Notes under the pieces: model-generated | Databases searched by the model: none | Told to the model about the DNA's origin: nothing | Seen by the model: only the letters and a program-made list of their open reading frames with translations | Translations under genes and position numbers: made by a program | Shown: in pieces, positions 10,269 to 19,982 of the stretch | How the letters are laid out: each line of letters starts with the position of its first letter | How positions within the stretch are numbered: position 1 is the stretch's first letter | Assembly: GCA_963784355.1 (NCBI GenBank) | Contig: CAWAQU010000006.1 | Coordinates: 1-64,000 of the forward strand | Reading direction: 5' to 3' | Origin: an uncultured bacterium | Lineage (GTDB): Bacteria; Patescibacteriota; JACMRA01 | Length of the DNA: 64,000 nt

Positions 10269-11711
10269 ATGACCTTTTCCTCTTTTTTACTAATTTTACG
10301 AAGGCAATTTACTCACAAATGGGGACGCTTTTTACTCGCTTCAGGTGGCATCATGATTGGTATCTGGGCTATTACTTTGACCACGGGTGTTTCGCTTGGT
10401 CTCAGAGATACTATTTTAACTGCTATAAATAGTAGAGCAGATGCAACTAGTGTTTTTATGAGCAAGACTGAAGGAGATAAGAGTGCTTTTTCCTTCGTAG
10501 GCGGGGACCCAAGCCAAGCACCTAAACTTCTTCCTCTAACATTAAATGATTTAGAAATAATAAAAAAAGAAGTAAATGGTATTGAGGCCATAACTCCATA
10601 TACACAAGCTGTTGGCTTTATTTCTTTTGAAAAAAATATTTCTTGTCAGGAATTACGAACTAAAGACGCTAATAATCCAAGTTCTATAGATAAGTGTAAA
10701 GATATATTTTTAAACAGTGATATTTTTGCATCTTTCTATAGTAATAATAAAAAAGATTGGGTAGGTAAAACTTCAGAACCCGCCGATAACGAAATTGTTA
10801 CTTGCTTTAAATGTGCTGAGATAGAATTGGATAAAAAGTTAGGAGTGTCAAAACCTGAGGAAATGGTTGGAAAGAAAATTACTATTGAATTTACTAATGT
10901 ACCAAAGCTATACCCTCTTGAAAAATCAGCAAATCTTTATGAGACTGCCCCTGCACAAATTTTAGATAAAAGTATAGCTAAAGAATATATAATCAGTGCT
11001 GTTGTAGATGACTCAAATGCAACGGCAAACGGCTTTAATTTTTCATCACCCTACAAATTTTATTTAAATTTTAACAACTTTAACAATTTAGCAAAACAAA
11101 ATAAAATGGATTTTGATGTTAATAAAGCTGGTTATTTACAACACATAATTAAAATTCAAAGTTTTGACCAGTTAGATCAGGTTTTGAATAAATTACAAGA
11201 GCTTAAATACGATGCACTTTCACCAGTTAAATCCATAATTGATGGAATAAATACAGCATTTTTAGTAATAACTATTGGTTTGTCATTATTCGGGTTAATT
11301 GCTCTAATTGCTTCAATTTTCGGCATTATCAATGTGATGACTATTTCGGTGCTTGAAAGAAAAAAAGAAATTGGTATTTTGAAATCTTTGGGTGCCGGAA
11401 ATGGTGATGTATTTAGATTATTTTTAATGGAAAGTGCTTTAATAGGCTTTGTGGGCTGGTTAATGGGAACACTGCTAGCTATGTTAATAGGATTTCTAAT
11501 TGGTTTTATTGCGCAGCAAGTTATCACTTCTGACGAAAGCTGGAGGAATAATCTAGCGACTTTAAATATAGAAAATATTGCCCCTAGTTTCCCATGGTGG
11601 CTTTTAGGTGGTACTTTATTGATTGCTTTAGTCTTTACCACATTGTCAGGAATCATCCCTGCACTTAAAGCAGGTAGACAAAATCCAGTTGATGTACTTA
11701 GAAGTGAATAA
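10269..11711 (+). CDS. ABC transporter permease (MacB/FtsX-like)
   Basis: N-terminal TM, large extracytoplasmic loop, SVLERKKEIGILKSLGA, C-terminal PVDVLRSE. Confidence 0.92.
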   Translation: MTFSSFLLILRRQFTHKWGRFLLASGGIMIGIWAITLTTGVSLGLRDTILTAINSRADATSVFMSKTEGDKSAFSFVGGDPSQAPKLLPLTLNDLEIIKKEVNGIEAITPYTQAVGFISFEKNISCQELRTKDANNPSSIDKCKDIFLNSDIFASFYSNNKKDWVGKTSEPADNEIVTCFKCAEIELDKKLGVSKPEEMVGKKITIEFTNVPKLYPLEKSANLYETAPAQILDKSIAKEYIISAVVDDSNATANGFNFSSPYKFYLNFNNFNNLAKQNKMDFDVNKAGYLQHIIKIQSFDQLDQVLNKLQELKYDALSPVKSIIDGINTAFLVITIGLSLFGLIALIASIFGIINVMTISVLERKKEIGILKSLGAGNGDVFRLFLMESALIGFVGWLMGTLLAMLIGFLIGFIAQQVITSDESWRNNLATLNIENIAPSFPWWLLGGTLLIALVFTTLSGIIPALKAGRQNPVDVLRSE

Positions 11712-11748
11712 AATCTAGAAATTATTGGCTTAAACAAAATTTAATATT

Positions 11749-11780
11749 GAGGGAATGGGCTAATAACTCATTCCTTTTTT
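11749..11780 (+). terminator. Intrinsic terminator between convergent genes
   Basis: ggaatggg-ctaataa-ctcattcc followed by T run. Confidence 0.6.
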
Positions 11781-11810
11781 ATTGGTTGTTAATAAGTTCT
11801 GGTTTTAACT

Positions 11811-12278
11811 TTATTTCAAGCCTACGTTTCTTAAAACAATGTGCAGAGGGTTTAGACCCGGTGTAGATTCATTGTAGGGTAGGGTATTGCCTAAAAAGGA
11901 AATTAAAGCTTTTAGATCTTCCTCTTCACTGTCTACATAAAAATAGTAAAACTGGTGATTTATCTTATCTGTTCTAATTACAAATTCTACAACGTCGTGC
12001 AAATTTACTACTGCCCATTCGATACTCTCATCCCAACTAATCTTTTTGTCATCAATGTAAATTGCATCTTCATCAACGACGATATTGATTTCTGTGGGAG
12101 GGATAGAAAGTAAAAAATAACCTGCAACACTACACACTATAATTGTGAGGGTAACCATAAAATCCCTATAAAGTAAAAAAGCTAAAAGTGCTAAAAACAC
12201 ACCAAAAGCAACTACATAATAAAGTCTTATGCTACCTTTTAGATTTAAAAATCTGGAGTATGCGGTAAATTCAAACAT
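11811..12278 (-). CDS. Hypothetical membrane protein (2 TM plus C-terminal beta domain)
   Basis: ORF track 11811-12320; ATG at 12278 (MFEFT) preferred over the TTG start. Confidence 0.7.
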   Translation of the reverse strand: MFEFTAYSRFLNLKGSIRLYYVVAFGVFLALLAFLLYRDFMVTLTIIVCSVAGYFLLSIPPTEINIVVDEDAIYIDDKKISWDESIEWAVVNLHDVVEFVIRTDKINHQFYYFYVDSEEEDLKALISFLGNTLPYNESTPGLNPLHIVLRNVGLK

Positions 12279-12387
12279 TTGTATATGTATAATTATATCA
12301 CCAAAAATAAATTTGGGCAAATTTTGACCATTATTGTATTATAGGTAATAATTAGTGTAACAGATACAAAAATAAATATAAATAAGT

Positions 12388-13290
12388 TTGGCTCAAGATA
12401 TCAATCAGAGTTTTGGAGGGTTATTAAGAGGTCCTAGGATTAGCCCTAGATTAGGCTTTGAAATCTGGGAAATACTAACGATACTTACAGTGGTATTGTC
12501 ATTGGTTAGTGCCTTAATGTGGTATAGCAATTTTCAGCCACAGAGAGTAGAGTCAGATATTATATATATTGAAAAGCAAAAACACAACATCTATGCTCAT
12601 ATACCTACCTTAGCAAAACTTACTGATGAGGATTTAAAATTTGTCACTGAGTATGAGTTGAACCAAAAGTGTTATGCAGATATATCAAAAATCACAATAT
12701 CTAGTGAAAGATTGGATCAAAATCTTAGTAAACTTCGTGAAATCGATCAAGAAGTACTCAATAATGAAGCTAATCCGACAAATAACTTTTTCAGCACGGG
12801 ATATAGTGAATTATCAAGCTTAGAAATAATATTTAAATCTTATATAAAAGAACTTACTGATACCCAAACAATGGAGTACAAATTTTATACTTCTGTTTTG
12901 AAAATCCAAAATAAATTTTCTTTGCTTTGTAGAGCGACATTTGATGAAGTGCCTCAATATTTGGAAAGTATCAATAGTGAAACTATCAATTTAGAAACTT
13001 TCGGTATGAGTCAGTTTGAGAGTTGGAAGAAAAATACCTTAAATCTGATTAAAAACCTAACCACCGAATTTGAAAATACAAAAAGTATAAACGAGAAATC
13101 AATTTTTGAACTCAAACAATCATTTAACCAAATATTCTTACTCGACTATAAGGGTTTAGGTAGTAAAAATATCACTAAGGATAAAGAAAGATATTTAAAT
13201 GAAAGTATACTTAATCTGGAAAAGTTTGAGAAAAAAATAGTAGAATATAACCCACAACTTGATAGTAAAGTAATTTATATTTTTGATTAA
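12388..13290 (+). CDS. Hypothetical protein, single TM plus helical ectodomain
   Basis: 300-aa ORF, TTG start, upstream TTGACC-N17-AATAAT. Confidence 0.7.
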   Translation: MAQDINQSFGGLLRGPRISPRLGFEIWEILTILTVVLSLVSALMWYSNFQPQRVESDIIYIEKQKHNIYAHIPTLAKLTDEDLKFVTEYELNQKCYADISKITISSERLDQNLSKLREIDQEVLNNEANPTNNFFSTGYSELSSLEIIFKSYIKELTDTQTMEYKFYTSVLKIQNKFSLLCRATFDEVPQYLESINSETINLETFGMSQFESWKKNTLNLIKNLTTEFENTKSINEKSIFELKQSFNQIFLLDYKGLGSKNITKDKERYLNESILNLEKFEKKIVEYNPQLDSKVIYIFD

Positions 13291-13363
13291 TTTGCTGAGT
13301 TTGACAATAAATAAAACTATATTGTTGCTTAGATTAAGTTTGTAAATTAAACAAATAAATTAT

Positions 13364-13843
13364 ATGAGTAAAACAAATATAGGCCTGACAAAAGAACAGT
13401 TAGAAGGATCAATTAATATTTTAAACAGAGTACTTGCAGATGAATTTTTGCTTTACACTAAAGTGAGAAAATATCACTGGAATGTAAGAGGATTGCAATT
13501 CAACGACCTGCACAAATTTTTTGAAGAATTATATACAGAATTGGAAATTGTAATCGACGAGGTAGCCGAGAGAGTGAGAACTTTAAATGGATTTGCAATA
13601 GGTACAGTAAGTGAGTTTGCAAAGGTTTCTAGACTAAAAGAATTTCCTGGAGATTATCCTAAGGCTCTAGAAATGATTAAAAATCTACTGGCTGAGTACG
13701 AAACAATTATCAGAGAATTGAGATCTGACATTGACGCATGTGAGGAGGAAAATCATGACATGGGCAGTGCAGACTTTTTGACCGGAATCATGGAAAAGCA
13801 TGAGAAAAAAGCTTGGATGCTTAGAAGCTTGCTGGATAACTAA
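13364..13843 (+). CDS. dps: DNA starvation/stationary-phase protection protein Dps
   Basis: HWNVRG, LHKFFEELY, DEVAER, HEKKAWML. Confidence 0.95.
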   Translation: MSKTNIGLTKEQLEGSINILNRVLADEFLLYTKVRKYHWNVRGLQFNDLHKFFEELYTELEIVIDEVAERVRTLNGFAIGTVSEFAKVSRLKEFPGDYPKALEMIKNLLAEYETIIRELRSDIDACEEENHDMGSADFLTGIMEKHEKKAWMLRSLLDN

Positions 13844-13875
13844 TTCAACTTTCTTTAACTTATTACAAAACATCA

Positions 13876-13898
13876 CTCCGCTTAAATGCGGGGTTTTT
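13876..13898 (+). terminator. Intrinsic terminator after dps
   Basis: ctccgc-ttaaat-gcgggg-ttttt. Confidence 0.75.
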
Positions 13899-14173
13899 AC
13901 ACAACCAATTGATATAGCACTATTGCAGAAAAATGTACTTAAATAGAGCTGTTGGTACCATTAAACTTTTTATAATCATTTTACTAAAAAATAAATGTTA
14001 TTATTGGTGATTACAAAAGAATTTATTAAACTTAAAACACATCTAGCTTTATTTTAGTCTTTATCTATTTTGGGCTATGACAATTCTCTTTATGCAAATA
14101 TAATTAGACAAAATGTGAAAAGTTATTGAAGAGTTAAGAAATACATAAAATATAAATAGTTTATTTTAAAAAT

Positions 14174-14878
14174 ATGTTTGGAAATTTAAATAGCTTGGGA
14201 AATGCCTTAAAGTGGCTGTGCATTCTACTGTTAATCATTATTTTCGGTGTTGGTGCATTTATGTTTTATACTAGCTACATAAAAAACAAAAATTCTGATC
14301 CAAAAGTTAAGGTAAATCTTGATAAAATAGTGATAATAAATAAAGTCCAGAATTTGAGCCGCTTGGAAACGGTGAGCCAAACTTTGCAAAGAGATATAGA
14401 AATAGAGCTAGATTTGGGTGATTTAAAGATTTTCGATTTTACATTACTTGAAAATAGACGTAACCAAAAAATAGCTGTGACTGGAAGTGTTACTGCAGGA
14501 ATTGACCTGAGAAATTTCAATCAGGAAAATGTGAAAATTGAAGATAAAACCCTAAAAATGGATTTGAAATCTCCGGAAATTTTTAATGTAAATATAATTG
14601 AAGATAAAACTAGCCTTTTGAAAGATGATTTGAGTTTGCTGTTTAGACTTAGGGAAAATCTTGATAATACAAAAAGACGAGAAATAAACGAATATTTACA
14701 AAAGCAAATCATTAAACAGAGCAAATTGGCCTTGGTAGAAGCGGCCTGCGAAAACAAAATATTGGATCAAGCAGGAGAAAATGGCAAAAAAAATATTGGA
14801 GAGCTTTTCAAAAATTCAGCTTACGAAAAAGTAGAAGTAAATTTCGCTGCACCTAGTACATGTAAATATGCAGAATAA
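14174..14878 (+). CDS. DUF4230-like membrane-anchored protein
   Basis: TM, then LSRLETV, GSVTAGIDL, PEI, ILDQAGENG pattern. Confidence 0.75.
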   Translation: MFGNLNSLGNALKWLCILLLIIIFGVGAFMFYTSYIKNKNSDPKVKVNLDKIVIINKVQNLSRLETVSQTLQRDIEIELDLGDLKIFDFTLLENRRNQKIAVTGSVTAGIDLRNFNQENVKIEDKTLKMDLKSPEIFNVNIIEDKTSLLKDDLSLLFRLRENLDNTKRREINEYLQKQIIKQSKLALVEAACENKILDQAGENGKKNIGELFKNSAYEKVEVNFAAPSTCKYAE

Positions 14879-14884
14879 AAAACT

Positions 14885-15502
14885 ATGTCCATATTTGACC
14901 TGTTTGACCTAGCAAAAACTTTGATTGAAAAAATGGGATACTTTGGAGTATTTTTGGGTACTTTTTTAGAATCGGTATTCCCTCCAATCCCTAGTGAAGT
15001 TATAATGGGATTTTCAGGGTTTTTGATAAGTGAAGGAAGGTTTAGTTGGTTCCCGACGCTTTTTGCTGCAATTCTCGGAAATATGGCCTCAGTTAGCTTA
15101 CTTTGGTACTTAGGAAATAAATATGGTAGAGGTTTTATTTTAAAAATCGGAAAATATGGTGGGTTTACAGAAAATGATATCGATAGAGGAGAGAAATTGT
15201 TTGCAAAGTATGGGTATATGATTGTACTTGGATGTCAACTTTTGCCTCTAGCTCGGTCCTGGATAGCAATACCTGCCGGCACACTTAAAACAAATTATTT
15301 TAAATTCATATTTTTTAATACACTTGGAGCATCGATTTGGCTTTCTGTTTTGTGTTATGTGGGATATACACTAGGGAAAAACTGGGAAGAAATAGAGATG
15401 ATCTTTAAACCCTATGAAAGATTCTTTTTACTTATTTTAGCTGCAATTTTAATCTATATAGTGTATAAATTTTTCAGAAGTAGGATAGTGAAAAAAGCTT
15501 AG
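14885..15502 (+). CDS. DedA family membrane protein
   Basis: LESVFPPIPSEVIM, LPLARSWIAIPAG. Confidence 0.93.
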   Translation: MSIFDLFDLAKTLIEKMGYFGVFLGTFLESVFPPIPSEVIMGFSGFLISEGRFSWFPTLFAAILGNMASVSLLWYLGNKYGRGFILKIGKYGGFTENDIDRGEKLFAKYGYMIVLGCQLLPLARSWIAIPAGTLKTNYFKFIFFNTLGASIWLSVLCYVGYTLGKNWEEIEMIFKPYERFFLLILAAILIYIVYKFFRSRIVKKA

Positions 15503-15614
15503 TTATTTGGACTAGTTATTTTAGACTAACTAGCATTAGATTTCTCCTTAGTATTTTATCTGTAGGATAACCAAGCTCAAAATAAAAAATAATTTCAATT
15601 TAATTTTCCAGCTC

Positions 15615-15643
15615 TTGACTTTTTCTGTTTTTTCTGGATTAAT
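15615..15643 (+). promoter_or_regulatory. Putative sigma70 promoter of typA C-half (leaderless)
   Basis: TTGACT-N17-ATTAAT, 6 nt before ATG 15650. Confidence 0.5.
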
Positions 15644-15649
15644 TGGTAA

Positions 15650-16294
15650 ATGTCGAATCAACCACTATACGAGCCATTTGAGTTCGTTGAAATAGATGTA
15701 CCTCAAGATTACCAGGGTGTAGTAATGCAAGAGCTCGGTAAAAGAAGTGCTGATATCCAAAATATTTCACCTAATGAGGCCGGAACCGAATTTCATTTTG
15801 AAGCTGTGATGCCTACAAGAGCTTTAATTGGGCTTAAATCATTGCTTATTACTGCAACAAAAGGTACTGTTATAATGCACAGTATTTTTGATGGGTACAG
15901 ACCAATGGTTAATTTACAGATTAGTAGTGACCATGGAAGTTTGGTAAGTACTGAAACTGGTGTAACTTCAGGTTATTCACTGGATAATGCTCAGCAAAGA
16001 GGAGTTTTGTTTGTAGGACCTGCCGTTGAAGTTTACGCAGGAATGGTAATTGGTGAGTGTAGTAAAGACGAAGATTTGGAGATAAATCCTTGTAGAGAAA
16101 AGAAGTTGAGCAACGTTCGTTCAAAATCCTCTGACGATGCTATCATGTTAGCTCCTCCTCGCGAAGTAACGCTAGATACCTGTCTTGAGTATATTGGAGA
16201 TGACGAATTGGTTGAAATTACCCCAAAAAGTCTTAGAATCAGAAAAAAATATTTAGATCCAAACGATAGAAAGAGGTTTAAACATAAAATGTAA
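15650..16294 (+). CDS. typA: TypA/BipA C-terminal half (domain V plus CTD)
   Basis: EPFEFVEIDVP, PTRALIG, VYAGMVIGE, KKLSNVRS, DDELVEITPKSLRIRKKYL. Confidence 0.95.
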   Translation: MSNQPLYEPFEFVEIDVPQDYQGVVMQELGKRSADIQNISPNEAGTEFHFEAVMPTRALIGLKSLLITATKGTVIMHSIFDGYRPMVNLQISSDHGSLVSTETGVTSGYSLDNAQQRGVLFVGPAVEVYAGMVIGECSKDEDLEINPCREKKLSNVRSKSSDDAIMLAPPREVTLDTCLEYIGDDELVEITPKSLRIRKKYLDPNDRKRFKHKM

Positions 16295-16330
16295 TTTAGA
16301 TCAAAAACTCATTTTTCTTTGACAGAATTA

Positions 16331-16354
16331 GTCCTAGGCATCTAGGATTTTTTT
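16331..16354 (+). terminator. Intrinsic terminator after typA C-half
   Basis: gtcctagg-ca-tctaggat followed by T run. Confidence 0.65.
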
Positions 16355-16404
16355 GTGCCCTAAAAATATTATTAAAGCTTAATAAAAACTAAATTAATAA
16401 AATT

Positions 16405-17259
16405 ATGTCAGCAGAATTACAACCAAAACAACAGCAAAGTACTCAACCCGGACATGAATCTGAAATGAATCCAAAACCAATATTTATCAGAGCAGATTAT
16501 CAAGGCAGTAACAAATTACAAGATAAAATGGCCATAATCACTGGTGGTGATAGCGGAATTGGCCGTAGCGTAGCTATACATTTTGCTAAAGAGGGAGCTA
16601 ATATTGCGATTGTTTATTTGAATGAAAAAGAGGATGCAGAGGAAACTAAAAGAGAAATTGAAAAAATTGGAAGGCATTGCATGCTTGTTAGTGGGGATAT
16701 AGGTGATGAGGAATTTTGCAAAAAAATAGTAAATGAAGTAGTAACTATGCATGACAAAATTGATATTTTAGTAAATAATGCAGCAGAACAGCACCCCCAG
16801 GAAAGCATAGAAGATATAACTAAAGAGCAACTGGAAAAAACTTTTAGAACAAATATTTTTGGTTATTTCTATTTAACAAAAGCAGCTTTAAAATACATGC
16901 CTGAGGGGAGCACAATCATTAATACAACTTCAGTTACAGCATATCGCGGCACAAAACAGCTATTGGATTATTCTAGCACAAAAGGAGCAATTGTAGCATT
17001 TACAAGATCTTTAGCCCTAATGCTCACCGATAAAAAGATAAGAGTAAATGGAGTAGCTCCTGGACCCATCTGGACTCCACTAATTCCATCAACTTTTAAT
17101 GAGGAAAAAGTAGCCAGTTTTGGTAGTGAAGTGCCTATGCAAAGAGCAGGGCAGCCGGCAGAGGTAGGTCCTTGCTATGTGTTTTTAGCTTCAAAAGATA
17201 GCTTATACATGTCAGGACAAGTCTTACATCCAAATGGCGGTGAAATAATAAACACTTAG
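16405..17259 (+). CDS. Short-chain dehydrogenase/reductase (YdaD/YhxC general stress type)
   Basis: TGGDSGIG, NNAAEQ, YSSTK, VAPGPIWTPL. Confidence 0.93.
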   Translation: MSAELQPKQQQSTQPGHESEMNPKPIFIRADYQGSNKLQDKMAIITGGDSGIGRSVAIHFAKEGANIAIVYLNEKEDAEETKREIEKIGRHCMLVSGDIGDEEFCKKIVNEVVTMHDKIDILVNNAAEQHPQESIEDITKEQLEKTFRTNIFGYFYLTKAALKYMPEGSTIINTTSVTAYRGTKQLLDYSSTKGAIVAFTRSLALMLTDKKIRVNGVAPGPIWTPLIPSTFNEEKVASFGSEVPMQRAGQPAEVGPCYVFLASKDSLYMSGQVLHPNGGEIINT

Positions 17260-17262
17260 ATA

Positions 17263-17291
17263 TTGACTTTTTTGTAGACTCAGCTTAGAAT
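17263..17291 (+). promoter_or_regulatory. Sigma70 promoter of dgkA-HAD pair
   Basis: TTGACT-N17-TAGAAT, 10 nt before ATG. Confidence 0.7.
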
Positions 17292-17301
17292 TTTTGCTAG
17301 T

Positions 17302-17688
17302 ATGTCTTTACAAACAAAATATAAACCAAATAATTGGATAGATAAAACATTAGTAGGTGTTAATGGACTTAAAACAGCATTTAGAAGTGAACCAACGCTT
17401 GCAATTCAGGTAACGGTAGGTACCATTGCTACAATATTAGCTTTGTTTATCGGTGGACAGTGGTGGTATGTCAAACAAACAATATTTATGACTGTGGCTG
17501 TAGTTTTGGCAGAGCTAGTTAATACCTCGTTTGAATATTTATGCGATCTTGTAGAACCAAACAAAAATTCCAAAGTCAAAAAAATTAAAGATATTTTAGC
17601 CGGTGTAGTCTTGATTGTTGCTTTAACTGCTATATTCATCACACTACTTGACCTTATAAATATCCTCAGAAATTATTACTTAAAGTAA
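17302..17688 (+). CDS. dgkA: Diacylglycerol/undecaprenol kinase family
   Basis: ELVNTSFEYLCDLV, KKIKDILAG. Confidence 0.88.
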   Translation: MSLQTKYKPNNWIDKTLVGVNGLKTAFRSEPTLAIQVTVGTIATILALFIGGQWWYVKQTIFMTVAVVLAELVNTSFEYLCDLVEPNKNSKVKKIKDILAGVVLIVALTAIFITLLDLINILRNYYLK

Positions 17689-17690
17689 TT

Positions 17691-18314
17691 ATGCTAGAGA
17701 TGGAGAATAAAAGTTTAATTTTCGATTTTGATGGAGTTATTGGCAATACTTTTGAGGCTTCAGTCCAATTTATTGCAAAATATTTAAAAATAAGTCCTGA
17801 GAGAGCTAGAATTATCCTAATCAAAGATGGATTAAAAAACAGAAAGGACAGTTCTATTTATAGATTTGTGAAAAACTGGTATTACAAAAGACTTCTAAGC
17901 TTTTTTGAAAAACAAACGGATTTACTTTTTAAAGATAAGATTGAAGATATTGAAAGACTTTGGCCACATAATCCCAAGGCAATATTAAGTCGTAGTGATA
18001 GTAGAATATGTAGAGCATTATTGGCTGATAAACAAGATATGTTTGAGTTTGTTCTTGGTAGAGATAAAGTAAAAACTAAGCTTGAAGGGTTGGAGATTAT
18101 TAATCTTAGTTCAAGATTTAAACTGGAAAACTGTATTTTTTTTACGGACTCTGTTGGTGATTATAGGGAAATGACAAAAATATTAAAACCCGAGCAGATT
18201 TATGTAGTAACTTGGGGTTTCCAACCAAAAGACTTCCTGGAAAAATATATTTCAGACAAAAGACTATTGGATAATTTTGCAGATATTACAGAAAAGGTTG
18301 ACAAGTTAGCCTAA
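17691..18314 (+). CDS. HAD-superfamily hydrolase
   Basis: IFDFDGVI, FFTDSVGD, VTWGF. Confidence 0.85.
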   Translation: MLEMENKSLIFDFDGVIGNTFEASVQFIAKYLKISPERARIILIKDGLKNRKDSSIYRFVKNWYYKRLLSFFEKQTDLLFKDKIEDIERLWPHNPKAILSRSDSRICRALLADKQDMFEFVLGRDKVKTKLEGLEIINLSSRFKLENCIFFTDSVGDYREMTKILKPEQIYVVTWGFQPKDFLEKYISDKRLLDNFADITEKVDKLA

Positions 18315-18450
18315 ATGTTTTTTTATAGGATTACTAACTATGATCATAAATATATGACAAAAAGTACAAAATTTACCCCAATAAAATAAGGGCGCATTTT
18401 TTGCCGATCATAATCATCAACAAAACCTTTTTTAAAATTAACCAATATTA

Positions 18451-18471
18451 ACTCCCCACAAGGGGGTTTTT
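18451..18471 (+). terminator. Intrinsic terminator
   Basis: actcccc-aca-aggggg followed by ttttt. Confidence 0.6.
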
Positions 18472-18540
18472 ACTTTGGCTAAATTTCAAGATTGAGCAGA
18501 AATAATTAGGCAGGTGACAAAATAAACTATGATTTAAAAC

Positions 18541-18567
18541 AAAACAAAAAGCCCTATGATAGGACTA
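18541..18567 (-). terminator. Terminator downstream of tRNA-Cys
   Basis: Minus strand agtcct-atcat-agggct-ttttgtttt. Confidence 0.65.
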
Positions 18568-18587
18568 ATTATGTGTCTAGAAAATTT

Positions 18588-18661
18588 TGGAGGCAACGAC
18601 CGGGTTCGAACCGGTGTACAAGGTTTTGCAGACCTCTGCCTAACCACTCGGCCACGTCGCC
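18588..18661 (-). tRNA. tRNA-Cys (GCA)
   Basis: Minus strand GGCGACGTGGCCGAGTGGTTAGGCAGAGGTCTGCAAAACCTTGTACACCGGTTCGAACCCGGTCGTTGCCTCCA; cloverleaf, GTTCGAA T-loop, encoded CCA. Confidence 0.97.
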
Positions 18662-18738
18662 AAAAAACAAGCTGTTGACAAAGAACAGGTTACGTACTAT
18701 TTACTTAAGTAAAAGATTTAACATTTAGTCAAGTTATT

Positions 18739-19317
18739 GTGCCTAACCTTTCCTTTAAAATTAGTGGAAATCAACTATTTACACCAGCGATATTAATATC
18801 GATTTTTGCCCTGACTTACATTATTTCTATTCAGGAATTTAAAGATAGCTACAATACTTATTCCATAATACTTGCCACTGCTATTTCCTTCTTCCTTCTA
18901 AAGACCTTTATAATTTCATTTGCTACTATTGAAAAGACACTTATCAACAAAAAATGGTTTTTCTTAGGCTTTAATTTAATTGCAGCTTTTGCACAAACTT
19001 GGGTATGCTGGTTAGCTTTGAGAGAATTAACTATAAATTCATACCCTGTTTATACTGTAGGTGGACTTTTGATTGCTAGCCTAGGTTTTTATTTGCAAGC
19101 TTTTATAAATAAGGTTCCAGGACTTCTGAAAATGTGTATAACTGGGTTTTTAGTCTACACAATTGTTTTTGTGCTACTGCTAACTACAGCTTTTGATGCT
19201 TTTGTAGGCAATAACTTACTTTTACTTGTCTTTCAGCAGACTACCGGGTACATGTCTTTAGGTATCGAGACTATCTTATTATTCCAAGTTGCCAGGCAGT
19301 TTATCAATAAGAATTAG
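18739..19317 (+). CDS. Hypothetical multi-pass membrane protein
   Basis: About 6 hydrophobic segments; GTG start. Confidence 0.7.
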   Translation: MPNLSFKISGNQLFTPAILISIFALTYIISIQEFKDSYNTYSIILATAISFFLLKTFIISFATIEKTLINKKWFFLGFNLIAAFAQTWVCWLALRELTINSYPVYTVGGLLIASLGFYLQAFINKVPGLLKMCITGFLVYTIVFVLLLTTAFDAFVGNNLLLLVFQQTTGYMSLGIETILLFQVARQFINKN

Positions 19318-19340
19318 TTTAATCTTGATTTCTTTAAAAT

Positions 19341-19982
19341 ATGCAAAATAAAAATAAATATTTAATCTTTGATTATGATGGCGTTTTAGGTAATACCTGG
19401 AATGCTGCAATAAAATCTATCGCACAAACCAATAATATAACTAATGAAGAGGCTTCAAAACACATATTGAATCACACCAAAAAGCCAATATACGCAAAGA
19501 GTAATAATTTATCTGAAGAGGAAATACTAAAAAATCAATCTAGAATTATTAAATTAAATTTGCTGATGATGGAGCATAAATTTAACTTGTTTGAAGAATT
19601 TTTAGAAGAAATCGCAAAAATATCAGATACTAAGCTTGCAATTGTTTCAAGTGGGTCCGCAGAAATGATGATAAAACCTTCTTTGAAGTCTCATCCATTA
19701 AAATTTACGCATATTTTAGGCATTGAACATCATAATTCCAAAGAAGAAAAAATTGAACAAATTTGTGCTGATTGGAAAATTTCAGTCAAAGATGTTTATT
19801 ATTTTACTGATACTACCACTGATGTGTATGAGCTAGAGCAATTTTTAGATTTTAAGAAAATAATTGGTTGTAGTTGGGGTTGGCATGGATATGAATTATT
19901 ATCTACTATCTTGCCCGACGCTCAAATTTTAAATAGCTTTAGTGATATACACAGATTATTTCAATCCACTAACCAAGTATAG
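19341..19982 (+). CDS. HAD-superfamily hydrolase (paralog of 17691-18314)
   Basis: IFDYDGVL, VSSG, YFTDTTTD, SWGWHG. Confidence 0.87.
   Translation: MQNKNKYLIFDYDGVLGNTWNAAIKSIAQTNNITNEEASKHILNHTKKPIYAKSNNLSEEEILKNQSRIIKLNLLMMEHKFNLFEEFLEEIAKISDTKLAIVSSGSAEMMIKPSLKSHPLKFTHILGIEHHNSKEEKIEQICADWKISVKDVYYFTDTTTDVYELEQFLDFKKIIGCSWGWHGYELLSTILPDAQILNSFSDIHRLFQSTNQV

Noticed and set aside
9408-15649. Mobile element, intron or intein interrupting typA
   Set aside because: No integrase, transposase, RT or homing nuclease, no terminal repeats or intein motifs; cargo is ordinary chromosomal genes
18480-18740. Integrative element at tRNA-Cys
   Set aside because: No integrase and no duplicated tRNA 3' end seen in the window
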